A stretch of 32,000 bases of DNA. Source: Sinorhizobium meliloti (GTDB lineage: Bacteria > Pseudomonadota > Alphaproteobacteria > Rhizobiales > Rhizobiaceae). Below the pieces are notes generated by a model. The model saw only the letters and a list, made by a program, of their open reading frames with translations, had not been told where the DNA came from and searched no databases. This document shows positions 1 through 8,557 of the stretch, piece by piece. The position numbers and the translations under genes are program-made. The stretch spans positions 930,001 to 962,000 of the forward strand of contig NZ_JAGIOS010000001.1 in NCBI RefSeq assembly GCF_017876815.1. Reading direction: 5' to 3'. How positions within the stretch are numbered: the first letter of the stretch is position 1; every line of letters begins with the position of its first letter.

Positions 1-192
1 CGCCGGTCTTTTTCCTTCACGCGCTGATCCTTGGACTTCGTTCAACCATTCGGCGCAGCCACTCTCGACCGGTTTTCCCGCGCCTTCGCCACGTCCGTAG
101 CATGTTCAGCCTGCAAATAGCATCGCCGGTGCTCTTGGCAAAGCCGTTTCCGATTGCGAAGATCGCTGGCAAGAGTGGACGGGAGGACCGGC

Positions 193-651
193 ATGAATAT
201 GAGCGGAGAGGAACGTATCGCGGCTGACCGCGACGCGGTTTGGCGTGGCCTGAACGATGCGGACATTCTGAAGCGATGCATTCCCGGCTGCCAGTCTCTT
301 GAATTGATATCGCCGACCGAGCTTGCGGCCGTGGTCAAGATCAAGATCGGCCCCGTTTCCGCATCCTTCAACGGCACGGTCGTTCTGTCGAACCTCAATC
401 CCCCCGCGAGCTACACCATATCCGGCGAGGGCAAGGGAGGAATAGCAGGCTTTGCCAAGGGCGGCGCCGACGTCACGCTACTGGACGAGGGAGCGGAAAC
501 CGTGCTGCGCTACGACGTCAAGGCGGAGATCGGCGGCAAGCTTGCCCAGCTCGGCTCGCGCCTCGTCGATTCGACGGCGCGCAAGCTCGCCCAGCAATTC
601 TTCGCGGATTTCAACCTGGCCGTCAGCGGCGAGGCCGAGGCGGCGAGCTGA
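193..651 (+). CDS. SRPBCC-fold CoxG-family protein (carbon monoxide dehydrogenase subunit G-like)
   Basis: Lies in ORF 154..651. The translation MSGEERIAADRDAVWRGLND...KAEIGGKLAQLGSRLVDSTARKLAQQFF fits the CoxG/SRPBCC pattern. I place the start at ATG 193, preceded by GGGAGG at 181-186, not at the ORF-track start. Confidence 0.7.
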   Translation: MNMSGEERIAADRDAVWRGLNDADILKRCIPGCQSLELISPTELAAVVKIKIGPVSASFNGTVVLSNLNPPASYTISGEGKGGIAGFAKGGADVTLLDEGAETVLRYDVKAEIGGKLAQLGSRLVDSTARKLAQQFFADFNLAVSGEAEAAS

Positions 652-678
652 GGTCTCGCAACGCGTTCAGCAGCGATC

Positions 679-1023
679 TCAGCCTTGCGGCGCAGGCAGG
701 CTCGCTTGCGTCGCCAGTTTCTCCGCCTGGCCGCGTTGCTTTTCTGCCTCGCGATGCCATTTCAGCGCCTCGTTGGCCTCGTTGCGCGCCCGACGCCGAT
801 ATTTCCCCTGGGTGAACCAGGTCACGGCGGCGCCGAGCACGAGACCGATAATGACGGCGAGAAAGAGAAATACGAAAAACGGAGCCGAGATCGAAAGCAC
901 ACTGTCGGCGGGATTGAACGGGTTCAACGCAAGGGTTGCCGTCTGCCGGTTGGCTACGCTCAGGACGATCAGCAGGACTCCGAGCGGCACGAAGACGACG
1001 ATATTGATGAGTTTCTTGAGCAT
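679..1023 (-). CDS. Small inner-membrane protein, LapA/DUF1049-like (two TM helices plus a basic C-terminal tail)
   Basis: 114-aa ORF with ATG at 1023. It has two hydrophobic segments (IVVFVPLGVLLIVLSV and FFVFLFLAVIIGLVLGAAV) followed by a basic tail (KYRRRARNEANEALKWHREAEKQR). It sits downstream of ihfB, as is common in alphaproteobacteria. Confidence 0.55.
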   Translation of the reverse strand: MLKKLINIVVFVPLGVLLIVLSVANRQTATLALNPFNPADSVLSISAPFFVFLFLAVIIGLVLGAAVTWFTQGKYRRRARNEANEALKWHREAEKQRGQAEKLATQASLPAPQG

Positions 1024-1203
1024 GCACCCGCTCCGACCAGAATGTTAATGCATGTCGCCCGGGAATCTGGGGCGGCTTCGCGACAACGACATGCATAGGA
1101 ATAATGACATAAAGCGGGCCGTCCTGTTTCGAGGCGGAGAGCCGCACGACGCGCGGATCTCGGCGCCCGCGCGAGAGGCGCCGATTCCTGTGCGCCTCGT
1201 TCG

Positions 1204-1515
1204 TCAGTCGTCTTCGCCGTTATTGTTGTCGTTCATGCCCGGATTGAGCCGCTCACGCAGTTCCTTGCCGGTCTTGAAGAAGGGCACCCACTTTTCTTCG
1301 ACGAAGACGGAATCGCCGGTGCGTGGGTTGCGGCCTGACCGTGATGGCCGGTTCTTGACCGAGAATGCGCCGAAACCGCGCAGCTCCACCCGATTTCCGG
1401 CAGCAAGCGCGTCCGTGATCTCATCGAGTACCGCATTGACGATATTCTCGACATCGCGGTGATAGAGATGCGGATTGCGCGCCGCCACAATCTGCACCAG
1501 CTCTGACTTGATCAC
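1204..1515 (-). CDS. ihfB: Integration host factor subunit beta
   Basis: [33 protein letters not shown]...[45 protein letters not shown] is a canonical HU/IHF-beta sequence. The start is GTG at 1515, with a GAGG-type ribosome-binding site upstream. Confidence 0.95.
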   Translation of the reverse strand: MIKSELVQIVAARNPHLYHRDVENIVNAVLDEITDALAAGNRVELRGFGAFSVKNRPSRSGRNPRTGDSVFVEEKWVPFFKTGKELRERLNPGMNDNNNGEDD

Positions 1516-1618
1516 GTTCGCCCCCTCGGTTTTTTTGCTTGTTTTGTCTGCGTTTGTGCATTCGGGAAGGCTCGCCTGGAGCTACGGCCTCGTGACGCGG
1601 CTAGCACACGTGCTTTCC

Positions 1619-2578
1619 TCATTGCCCTTCAACCTGCCAAACCGAAACAAGACCGTCAAGAAACAACTTGTCCAGGCCGGTCTTTTCGAGGCTCTTCATC
1701 GTCGGAAAAGCCTCATATCCCAACGCCTTGACCGATTCGGCCAGGAGCGATCCGAGGCCGAAGGACAGCGTGCCGCTCGGTGCTTCCCAGTCGAGGACGG
1801 GAAGGTCCTTCGAGACCTTCCGTTCGGCCAGGAACGCCCGGATTTCATCATCGCCGCCGAGCTCGTCGACGAGTTTGCCTTCCAGCGCCTGCCGCCCGGT
1901 GAAGATCCGGCCATCCGCAAGGGCGAGCGCTTCCGGCCGCGGCAGTTTGCGCCGCTCGGCGACCAGATCGACGAACCATCCGTAGCTGTCGTCGATCATT
2001 GCCTGAATCATTGCTCTCGCCTCGTCGCTCGGAGGATGAAACGGCGACGGTTCGGCTTTGAGAGGCCTCGATTTTATCGATTCGAGCGACACGCCGAGTT
2101 TGTCCATGAGGGTCTTGACCTGCGGATACTGGAAAATGACGCCGATGGAGCCGGTGATCGAGGTCTCCCCGGCAACGATCCGATCGCCGGCAAGGGCGAT
2201 CAGGTAGCCGGCCGAAGCGGCAAGCGTGCGCACATCCGAGACCACCGGCTTCTTCTCGGCAACCTTGCGGATGGCCTTGTAGATGACTTCGCCGCCATAG
2301 GTGGTGCCGCCCGGTGACGAGATCGTCACGATCAGCGCCTTGACGGACTGGTTGTCGGCGATCCGCTCCAGCCGCTCCACCAGCTCCCGGTCGTCCTGAA
2401 TAAGGCCTGTGACGGCGACGCGCGCGACGTGATCGCGCGCACGCTCCGTTACGTCGCCCCAGCCCGAGAAGGCAAACAGCGCGAGGCCGCCGGCGACGAG
2501 GACGGCCACCGCCGCCCAACGCCAGAAGCTCAGCTTTCTGCGCAGGCTGCGGCGGTCGGCAATGGCGAGTTCGTCCAT
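1619..2578 (-). CDS. sppA: Signal peptide peptidase SppA (36K type, ClpP/crotonase fold)
   Basis: Lies in ORF 1619..2629. It has an N-terminal TM segment (WRWAAVAVLVAGGLALFAF), then the SPGGTTYGGEVIYKAI and LAASAGYLIALAGD motifs typical of SppA. I prefer ATG 2578, which has GGAG six nucleotides upstream, over the ORF-track start at 2629. Confidence 0.85.
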   Translation of the reverse strand: MDELAIADRRSLRRKLSFWRWAAVAVLVAGGLALFAFSGWGDVTERARDHVARVAVTGLIQDDRELVERLERIADNQSVKALIVTISSPGGTTYGGEVIYKAIRKVAEKKPVVSDVRTLAASAGYLIALAGDRIVAGETSITGSIGVIFQYPQVKTLMDKLGVSLESIKSRPLKAEPSPFHPPSDEARAMIQAMIDDSYGWFVDLVAERRKLPRPEALALADGRIFTGRQALEGKLVDELGGDDEIRAFLAERKVSKDLPVLDWEAPSGTLSFGLGSLLAESVKALGYEAFPTMKSLEKTGLDKLFLDGLVSVWQVEGQ

Positions 2579-2918
2579 GGGTGTCTCCGATTTTTGGTAA
2601 GGGGGTTCTGTCAGTTTCCCACGGAACATGCTATCTGCCTCAGCCGCGGCAAGCTAGGGTAGTCTGCAACGCGGCGCACGGGAATAGGCGCCGGGCCGAC
2701 GCGAGTTGCTGCATGAAACCCCTTGGGGTTTGACGCGGCATGGAGTAGAGCATGCCCGGCGGAATGGAATATTGCGGCCGGATTGTCTTACAACGCAAAG
2801 TTTGCGCCGCTCCATTGCCGGGCGGCAGCAAGATAACCATATTCGCCGTGGCTTACGCCGATGTATGTATATGTGTCCCTCGGACTGCCCGAGGTCAGAC
2901 GAAACTGACAGGCTCTTG

Positions 2919-3587
2919 ATGCTGAACGAAGCCCGATCCCCCGCAATCTTCGCCGATGTGGGTACGAGCTCTGCCGATGCCTATGCTTCGGCGGCGCGGC
3001 ATTCGGCGCGCGTAAGGCGCCTGAAAGTCATGCTGCCGCTCATCGCCGGCGCGGTTGCGCTGATCTTCGTCACCGTTTCCTTCGTGCGCGCCTTCCTGCC
3101 CGAAGAGCTGCAGCTCGAGACGGCGACGATAGAGAACGGCAAGATCGTCATGCAGAACCCCGCGATCTCCGGCCGCAACAAGCAGGATATCAGCTATTCG
3201 ATGAAGGCCCAGCGGGCGCTTCAGGATATCGCCAATCCGAACCTGATCACGCTCGAGACCATTCACGCCGAGATGCCGGTCAACGATACGCTGATCGCCA
3301 CGGTCGATGCGACGAGCGGCATTTACGACCGAGGTGCGAATACGCTCGACATGAACGCACCGTTCACGATTTCCATGAATAATGGGGTCAATGCCGACTT
3401 CCAGTCTGCCTATCTGGATATCAATGCCGGCGAAATGGAGACGAAACACCCGATTGCCATCAGCATGAAGGGCGGATCGATCATTGCGCAGAAGCTGCGA
3501 ATGACAGATAAGGGACGTGTCGTAACATTCGAAGGCATGGTAAGGGTCAATATCGAACCCAGCGCCATTCGCAAAAACGCCAAATAA
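2919..3587 (+). CDS. lptC: LPS export system anchor protein LptC-like
   Basis: Lies in ORF 2706..3587. From ATG 2919 the protein has one TM anchor (LKVMLPLIAGAVALIFVTVSF) followed by a beta-rich periplasmic domain. It sits immediately upstream of lptA-lptB-rpoN. The call rests on architecture and synteny, because LptC sequences are poorly conserved. Confidence 0.65.
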   Translation: MLNEARSPAIFADVGTSSADAYASAARHSARVRRLKVMLPLIAGAVALIFVTVSFVRAFLPEELQLETATIENGKIVMQNPAISGRNKQDISYSMKAQRALQDIANPNLITLETIHAEMPVNDTLIATVDATSGIYDRGANTLDMNAPFTISMNNGVNADFQSAYLDINAGEMETKHPIAISMKGGSIIAQKLRMTDKGRVVTFEGMVRVNIEPSAIRKNAK

Positions 3588-3618
3588 CAGGACCCCAAGA
3601 ACAGGATCCCCTGCAGCC

Positions 3619-4179
3619 ATGTCGGTCAAACCTGCCGCTCTCTTTAGGATTTCAGCCGCTCTGGCCGTGGCCGGGCTCGGCGCTTCGCTGATTGCTTCCG
3701 CCGCCCTCGCGCAGGCAACCTCCAGTCGCATGCAGGGCCTTCAGCTTTCGAACGACCAGCCGATCCAGATCGAGAGCGACAAGCTGGAGATCAAGGATCC
3801 GGAGAGCAAGGCAATCTTCACCGGCAATGTGAAGGTCGTCCAGGGCACGACGACGCTGCAGGCCGGCAACATGACCGTCTTCTACAAGGCGGGCGGCGGC
3901 TCGGTCACCAGCGGCAACGCCGATATCGATCGGATCGAGGTCAGCAACAAGGTGTTCCTCAGCTCCGGTGCGCAGCAGGCGACGGGCGAAAGCGGCATCG
4001 TCAACCTGACCAACCAGACCATCGTGCTCAAGGGCAAGAAGGTCGTGCTGTCGGAAGGCAAGAATGTCTTCGTGGGCTGCCAGTTGAACGTCCAGATGGA
4101 CACCGGCGAAGCGCAGCTCGACGCCTGCGGCGGCCGCGTACAGATCCAACTCGATCCGCAGTCCCGCAAGACGAACTGA
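3619..4179 (+). CDS. lptA: LPS transport periplasmic protein LptA (OstA N-terminal domain)
   Basis: It has a signal peptide (AALAVAGLGASLIASAALAQA) and the OstA-like pattern IQIESDKLEIKD...AIFTGNVKVVQGTTTLQAGNMTVFY. It lies between lptC and lptB. Confidence 0.8.
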   Translation: MSVKPAALFRISAALAVAGLGASLIASAALAQATSSRMQGLQLSNDQPIQIESDKLEIKDPESKAIFTGNVKVVQGTTTLQAGNMTVFYKAGGGSVTSGNADIDRIEVSNKVFLSSGAQQATGESGIVNLTNQTIVLKGKKVVLSEGKNVFVGCQLNVQMDTGEAQLDACGGRVQIQLDPQSRKTN

Positions 4180-4192
4180 CATAGACCCGCTC

Positions 4193-5005
4193 GTGCAGAT
4201 TCCTTTCCTCCACAAACGCAAACGGGGCAAAAAGCCGTCGGCGGCAGCGGCAGCTGCCCGCGCGGTCGACAAGGCGCGCTACGACGGCACGCTGATTGCC
4301 CGGGGCCTGACGAAGTCCTACCGCTCGCGCCGCGTCGTCAACGGTGTCTCGCTCGTCGTGCGCCGTGGTGAGGCTGTCGGCCTGCTTGGCCCGAACGGCG
4401 CAGGCAAGACGACCTGTTTCTATATGATCACCGGCCTGGTGCCGGTGGACGAGGGCTCGATCGAGATCAACGGCAACGACGTCACGACGATGCCCATGTA
4501 TCGCCGGGCGCGCCTGGGCGTCGGCTACCTGCCGCAGGAGGCCTCGATCTTTCGCGGGCTGACGGTCGAGGATAACATCCGCGCGGTTCTGGAGGTTCAC
4601 GACGAGAACGTCGACCGCCGCGAGAGCAAGCTCAACGATCTGCTTGGTGAATTTTCGATCACCCACCTGCGCAAATCGCCGGCCATTGCACTTTCGGGCG
4701 GCGAACGTCGGCGCCTCGAAATCGCCCGTGCGCTTGCGACCGACCCGACCTTCATGCTGCTCGACGAACCCTTTGCGGGCGTCGACCCGATCTCCGTCGC
4801 AGATATCCAGGCGCTTGTGCGCCACCTCACTTCGCGCGGCATCGGCGTCCTCATCACCGACCACAATGTGCGCGAGACGCTGGGGCTGATCGATCGGGCC
4901 TATATCATCCATGCCGGCGAAGTGCTGACGCATGGCCGCGCCAACGACATCGTCACCAATCCGGACGTGCGCAGGCTCTATCTCGGCGACAATTTCAGCC
5001 TCTGA
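4193..5005 (+). CDS. lptB: LPS export ABC transporter ATP-binding protein LptB
   Basis: It carries Walker A GPNGAGKTT, the ABC signature LSGGERRRLEIARAL, Walker B MLLDEPFAGVDP and the LptB-type C-terminus VRRLYLGDNF. The start is GTG at 4193. I saw no in-frame ATG, GTG or TTG between it and the conserved core. Confidence 0.93.
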   Translation: MQIPFLHKRKRGKKPSAAAAAARAVDKARYDGTLIARGLTKSYRSRRVVNGVSLVVRRGEAVGLLGPNGAGKTTCFYMITGLVPVDEGSIEINGNDVTTMPMYRRARLGVGYLPQEASIFRGLTVEDNIRAVLEVHDENVDRRESKLNDLLGEFSITHLRKSPAIALSGGERRRLEIARALATDPTFMLLDEPFAGVDPISVADIQALVRHLTSRGIGVLITDHNVRETLGLIDRAYIIHAGEVLTHGRANDIVTNPDVRRLYLGDNFSL

Positions 5006-5180
5006 TGCCTGCCGGCGACGTGCATTCCGGCAGAACGGACGACCGCCGGCTGAATCGGCACCTCCGCCGCCGTCCACGCTTGACCAAATTCCAGTAATAA
5101 GCAATTTTTGGGCCAACTAAGAAGATGGGCCCGTCCAAGCGGACACGGCTCGGAGAACTCGACGGGAGTTTCACACCAGC

Positions 5181-6725
5181 ATGGCCTTGTCCGCCAGCCT
5201 TCATCTGAGACAGTCGCAGTCGCTGGTCATGACGCCGCAGCTGATGCAGTCGATCCAGCTGCTTCAGATGAACCATCTGGAGCTCAGCCATTTCATCGCG
5301 CAGGAAGTCGAGAAGAACCCGCTGCTGGAGGTCCAGCCGGCCGATGAGCCAACGATATCGGATCGCGAGGATGCCGGTCCGCATCCGGCGGAGACCGGCG
5401 GCGAAACCGACGAGGCGGCAGGTCAGAGCGACCTTTACGACAGCGCCATGTCGAGATCCGGCGAGAGGCTCAGCGAAGGCCTTGACGCCGACTTCGCCAA
5501 CGTCTTCCCCGACGATACGGCGCCGCAGCGGGCGGATGCGCCCGAGCTTCTCGGCCAATGGAAATCCATGCCGGGTGCCGGCGACGCAGAGGGATACGAT
5601 CTCGACGATTTCGTTGGCGGCCGCAAGACGTTGAGGGAGACGCTCGCCGAGCAGCTGCCCTTCGCACTCAGCGCTGTCTCCGATCGGCTGATCGCCCGGT
5701 ATTTCATCGACCAGCTCGATGATGCCGGCTACCTGCACGCCGACCTCGCCGAGACCGCGGAGACGCTGGGCGCGGCAGGCGAGGACGTGGCGCGCGTGCT
5801 GCACATGCTTCAGCAGTTCGATCCGCCGGGCGTCTTCGCGCGCACGCTTGGCGAATGTCTTGCCATTCAGCTGCGCGCCCGCAATCGTCTCGACCCGGCG
5901 ATGGAAGCGCTCGTGGCCAATCTCGAGCTCCTGGCACGGCGCGATTTCGCAAGCCTCAAGAAGATCTGCGGCGTCGACGAGGAAGACCTGATCGATATGC
6001 TCGCCGAGATCCGCAAGCTCGATCCGAAACCGGGCACCAGCTTCGAAACCGGTGTGTTCGAGGCCATCATTCCCGACGTCGTCGTGCGCGCCGCACCCGA
6101 TGGCGGCTGGCTTGTTGAGCTCAATCCGGATGCCCTGCCCCGGGTTCTCGTCAACCACGACTATTTCACAGAAATATCGCGCTCCAGCCGGAAGAACAGC
6201 GGCGAACAGGCCTTTCTCAACGAGTGCCTGCAGAATGCCAACTGGCTGACGCGCAGCCTCGATCAGCGCGCCAGGACGATCATGAAGGTGGCGAGCGAAA
6301 TCGTCCGGCAGCAGGACGCCTTCCTCATCCACGGCGTCGGCCACCTGCGCCCGCTGAACCTCAGGATCGTCGCGGACGCGATCAAGATGCACGAGTCGAC
6401 GGTGAGCCGGGTCACCTCCAACAAATACATGCTGACCCCGCGCGGGCTCTTCGAATTGAAATATTTCTTCACGGTCTCGATCGGCTCGGCGGAAAACGGC
6501 GATGCACATTCGGCCGAGTCCGTGCGCCATCGCATCCGCACGATGATCAATCAGGAAAGCGCCGATGCCGTGCTCTCGGACGACGACATCGTCGACGTCC
6601 TCAAGCAGGCCGGCGTCGATATCGCCAGACGCACCGTCGCAAAATATCGCGAGGCGATGAGCATCCCCTCCTCCGTCCAGCGCCGCCGCGAGAAGCGGGC
6701 GCTGGCCAAGGCCGCGGGATTCTGA
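5181..6725 (+). CDS. rpoN: RNA polymerase sigma-54 factor
   Basis: The N-terminus is the Gln/Leu-rich region I (LRQSQSLVMTPQLMQSIQLLQMNHLEL). The C-terminus has the HTH and the RpoN box (ARRTVAKYREAMSIPSS). Confidence 0.97.
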   Translation: MALSASLHLRQSQSLVMTPQLMQSIQLLQMNHLELSHFIAQEVEKNPLLEVQPADEPTISDREDAGPHPAETGGETDEAAGQSDLYDSAMSRSGERLSEGLDADFANVFPDDTAPQRADAPELLGQWKSMPGAGDAEGYDLDDFVGGRKTLRETLAEQLPFALSAVSDRLIARYFIDQLDDAGYLHADLAETAETLGAAGEDVARVLHMLQQFDPPGVFARTLGECLAIQLRARNRLDPAMEALVANLELLARRDFASLKKICGVDEEDLIDMLAEIRKLDPKPGTSFETGVFEAIIPDVVVRAAPDGGWLVELNPDALPRVLVNHDYFTEISRSSRKNSGEQAFLNECLQNANWLTRSLDQRARTIMKVASEIVRQQDAFLIHGVGHLRPLNLRIVADAIKMHESTVSRVTSNKYMLTPRGLFELKYFFTVSIGSAENGDAHSAESVRHRIRTMINQESADAVLSDDDIVDVLKQAGVDIARRTVAKYREAMSIPSSVQRRREKRALAKAAGF

Positions 6726-6826
6726 GCGCTGCCGGCAGGCCGCAAGCGCGTAAGCCGGGTTGCGCTTTGGGCTCTGGCCGGCGGAACCGCCGGGGCCTGA
6801 TGAACGTTTAATTCCACGACGCGCAA

Positions 6827-6855
6827 TTGACTCTCCGCGGTACAGCGGATATGAG
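6827..6855 (+). promoter_or_regulatory. Candidate sigma-70-type promoter for hpf
   Basis: TTGACT (6827-6832), a 17-nt spacer, then TATGAG (6850-6855), about 150 nt upstream of the hpf start. This is a motif match only, compared with the rhizobial CTTGAC-N17-CTATAT consensus. Confidence 0.3.
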
Positions 6856-7003
6856 GCCGCCGCGCTTGCCTGAGATAGAACTCCGCGAGGCAGCGCGCGC
6901 TCACGATTTCGGTCGTTCAGGACTCCGGTCGCTGAAGTGCTTGGATGACGGGAGCGCTTGGAATAGACTGGGCACGCAATTCACGAACAAGAGAGGAAAC
7001 TCC

Positions 7004-7576
7004 ATGAGTGTGCGTGTATCCGGTAAACATATGGAAATCGGCGATTCGTTTCGCGTCCGCATCGGCGAGCAGATCGAGCAGGCCGTAACCAAATATTTCG
7101 ACGGAGGATATTCGAGCCAGGTCACTGTGGAAAAGTCAGGGTCGCGATTCAGCGCCGACTGCAAGCTTCATCTCGATACGGGCGTGGTATTGCAGGCAAA
7201 CGGCCAGGCGAACGAACCACAGTCAGCCTTCGACGCGGCTTCGGAGCGCATCGAGAAGCGGCTCCGGCGCTACAAACGCAAGCTCAAGGACCATCACAAC
7301 GGCAACGGGCAGAATTCCACCGAGGTGGCCTATCGAGTGATGGACTCGGTGCCCTTCGAGGACGAGGAAGTTCCCGACGATTATGCACCGACGATCGTTG
7401 CCGAAACTACGAAACAGTTGAGAACAATGTCCGTCGCCAACGCCGTTATGGCCTTGGACATGACGGATGAACCGGTGCTGATGTTCCGCAGCCCCGGCAA
7501 GGATGACCTGAACATCGTCTATCGGCGCAACGATGGGAATATTGGCTGGATCGACGCCGCCAATATCAAGGCATGA
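7004..7576 (+). CDS. hpf: Ribosome hibernation promoting factor, long form
   Basis: Lies in ORF 6827..7576. From ATG 7004 (GAGAGGA ribosome-binding site at 6991-6997) it reads MSVRVSGKHMEIGDSFRVRIGEQIE...EKRLRRYKRKLKDHH, plus the C-terminal dimerisation domain (EPVLMFRSPGKDDLNIVYRRNDGNIGWID). It occupies the conserved position between rpoN and ptsN. Confidence 0.92.
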   Translation: MSVRVSGKHMEIGDSFRVRIGEQIEQAVTKYFDGGYSSQVTVEKSGSRFSADCKLHLDTGVVLQANGQANEPQSAFDAASERIEKRLRRYKRKLKDHHNGNGQNSTEVAYRVMDSVPFEDEEVPDDYAPTIVAETTKQLRTMSVANAVMALDMTDEPVLMFRSPGKDDLNIVYRRNDGNIGWIDAANIKA

Positions 7577-7584
7577 GTGGGGAT

Positions 7585-7620
7585 GGGGGAAGCCAGCCGG
7601 ACTGGCGTCCCCCGTCTTTC
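7585..7620 (+). terminator. Hairpin downstream of hpf (possible intrinsic terminator or attenuator)
   Basis: GGGGGAAGCCAG-CCGGA-CTGGCGTCCCCC forms a 12-bp stem with one mismatch. It is followed by GTCTTTC, which is only a short T-tract. Confidence 0.4.
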
Positions 7621-7750
7621 CGATCAGCGGGACGGCGGAAAGGCTCGACTTTTCTGTGCATTCGAACCGCCAAGACAAAGATGGGTAGAGCCATCACGGC
7701 GCATTTGTGATGAGATTGCCAGGCTCTAACCGGCGAACGAGGATAAAAGA

Positions 7751-8215
7751 ATGGCATTGGCAGGCTTGCTGCATCAAAATGCGATCATCCCGGCCATGAG
7801 GGCCAACTCGAAGAAGCAACTCCTTCAGGAATTGGCGGCAAAAGCATCGAAGCTCACCGGTCTGCCGGAGCGGGAGATTTTCGACGTCATCCTGCAGCGA
7901 GAACGACTCGGCTCGACCGGTGTGGGCAACGGCATCGCCATCCCGCACGGCAAGCTTAGCAATCTTCCGTCGATCGTCGGCATCTTTGCGCGGCTCGATG
8001 CGCCGGTCGATTTCGAGGCCTTGGACGACCAGCCGGTCGACCTCGTCTTTCTGCTGCTTGCACCGGAAGGTGCCGGCGCCGACCACCTGAAGGCGCTCTC
8101 GCGCATCGCGCGCGTGCTGCGCGACCATGACATGGTGTCGCGTATCCGAGCGAGCGACTCGGCAAGCGCGATCTACACGCTGCTTAGCGACGACACGACC
8201 TCGCACGCTGCCTGA
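7751..8215 (+). CDS. ptsN: PTS-Ntr EIIA nitrogen regulatory protein PtsN
   Basis: It has the EIIA(Ntr/Fru) pattern with the phosphorylatable His in GIAIPHGKL, followed by VDLVFLLLAPE. It lies in the conserved rpoN-hpf-ptsN order. Confidence 0.92.
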   Translation: MALAGLLHQNAIIPAMRANSKKQLLQELAAKASKLTGLPEREIFDVILQRERLGSTGVGNGIAIPHGKLSNLPSIVGIFARLDAPVDFEALDDQPVDLVFLLLAPEGAGADHLKALSRIARVLRDHDMVSRIRASDSASAIYTLLSDDTTSHAA

Positions 8216-8278
8216 ATATCTTCTGCCTGCCGCCTACCGGAGCCGGTTGGAAGAGCATGCGGCAATTCGAACAACGCC

Positions 8279-8316
8279 GAAGGGCCGTGCACCTTGCAGA
8301 GTGCGCGGCCCTTCGC
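8279..8316 (+). terminator. Strong GC-rich hairpin downstream of ptsN (terminator-like, no U-tract)
   Basis: CGAAGGGCCGTGCAC-cttgcaga-GTGCGCGGCCCTTCG forms a 15-bp stem with one G:U-type position. It lies 64 nt after the ptsN stop codon. Confidence 0.35.
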
Positions 8317-8338
8317 AAATCGCATTCATGCGCCGTCA

Positions 8339-8557
8339 GATCACGATGTTTTTAGGTCGGGTCGACCTACTGCATGTTTCCTTTAATCGTATCCGATTAA
8401 AGGACAAAAACATTGCAGCAGATCAAAGTGTTACAGCGACCTTTGCGCGTCTGATAAGACGCGCGGCGCTGTAAAAACATGAACGTGATCGATTCCAAGA
8501 AGTTGAGACGCGGGATGCGGGCGGAAAACCGCACACACCTTTCCTCATCCCGCTCTA
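8339..8557 (+). repeat. Intergenic mosaic repeat, family A copy 1 (RIME/Sm-repeat-like), interrupted by a nested family-B element
   Basis: The left arm GATCACGATGTTTTTAGGTCGGGTCGACCTA (8339-8369) and the right part AAAAACATGAACGTGATCGATTCCAAGAAGTTGAGACGCGGGATGCGGGCGGAAAACCGCACACACCTTTCCTCATCCCGCTCTA (8474-8557) are collinear with the uninterrupted copies at 11396-11510 and 25897-26011 (reverse). Confidence 0.85.
8370..8473 (+). repeat. Family B palindromic element, copy 1, inserted inside family A copy 1
   Basis: It has a long hairpin CTGCATGTTTCCTTTAATCG-tatc-CGATTAAAGGACAAAAACATTGCAG and a second hairpin GCGCGTCT-gata-AGACGCGC. The insert is bracketed by TA (8368-8369) and TA (8472-8473). 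A second, inverted copy lies at 10556-10656. Confidence 0.8.

Noticed and set aside
5008-5032. A CTGCCGG-N11-CCGGCAG hairpin after lptB and a similar CTGCCGG-N10-CCGGCAG hairpin after ubiB (24342-24365), as a third repeat family
   Set aside because: The shared part is only a 7-bp GC-rich stem, and the loops and flanks are unrelated. In a high-GC genome this is plausibly coincidence. They may be weak terminator hairpins, but I do not count them as a family.
4995-6530. A 511-aa ORF antisense to rpoN. Similar long antisense ORFs lie at 22685..24244 (ubiB), 17172..18479 (dnaA), 14000..15418 and 15241..16665 (ECF cluster), 11507..12733 (VOC-family gene/rdgB), 20550..21824 (mutM), 27492..28451 (coaBC), 29726..30904 (dehydrogenase) and 30929..31969 (RpiR).
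   Set aside because: Each lies fully opposite a gene with unmistakable conserved motifs. Their translations are Arg/Ala/Gly/Pro-rich low-complexity sequences with no recognisable domain. This is typical of stop-codon-poor shadow frames in high-GC DNA.
6969-6984. A sigma-54 promoter upstream of hpf (TGGGCACGCAATTCAC)
   Set aside because: The -24-like GGCAC is present, but the -12 element at the required spacing reads TCAC instead of TTGC. The GG-N10-GC rule is not met.
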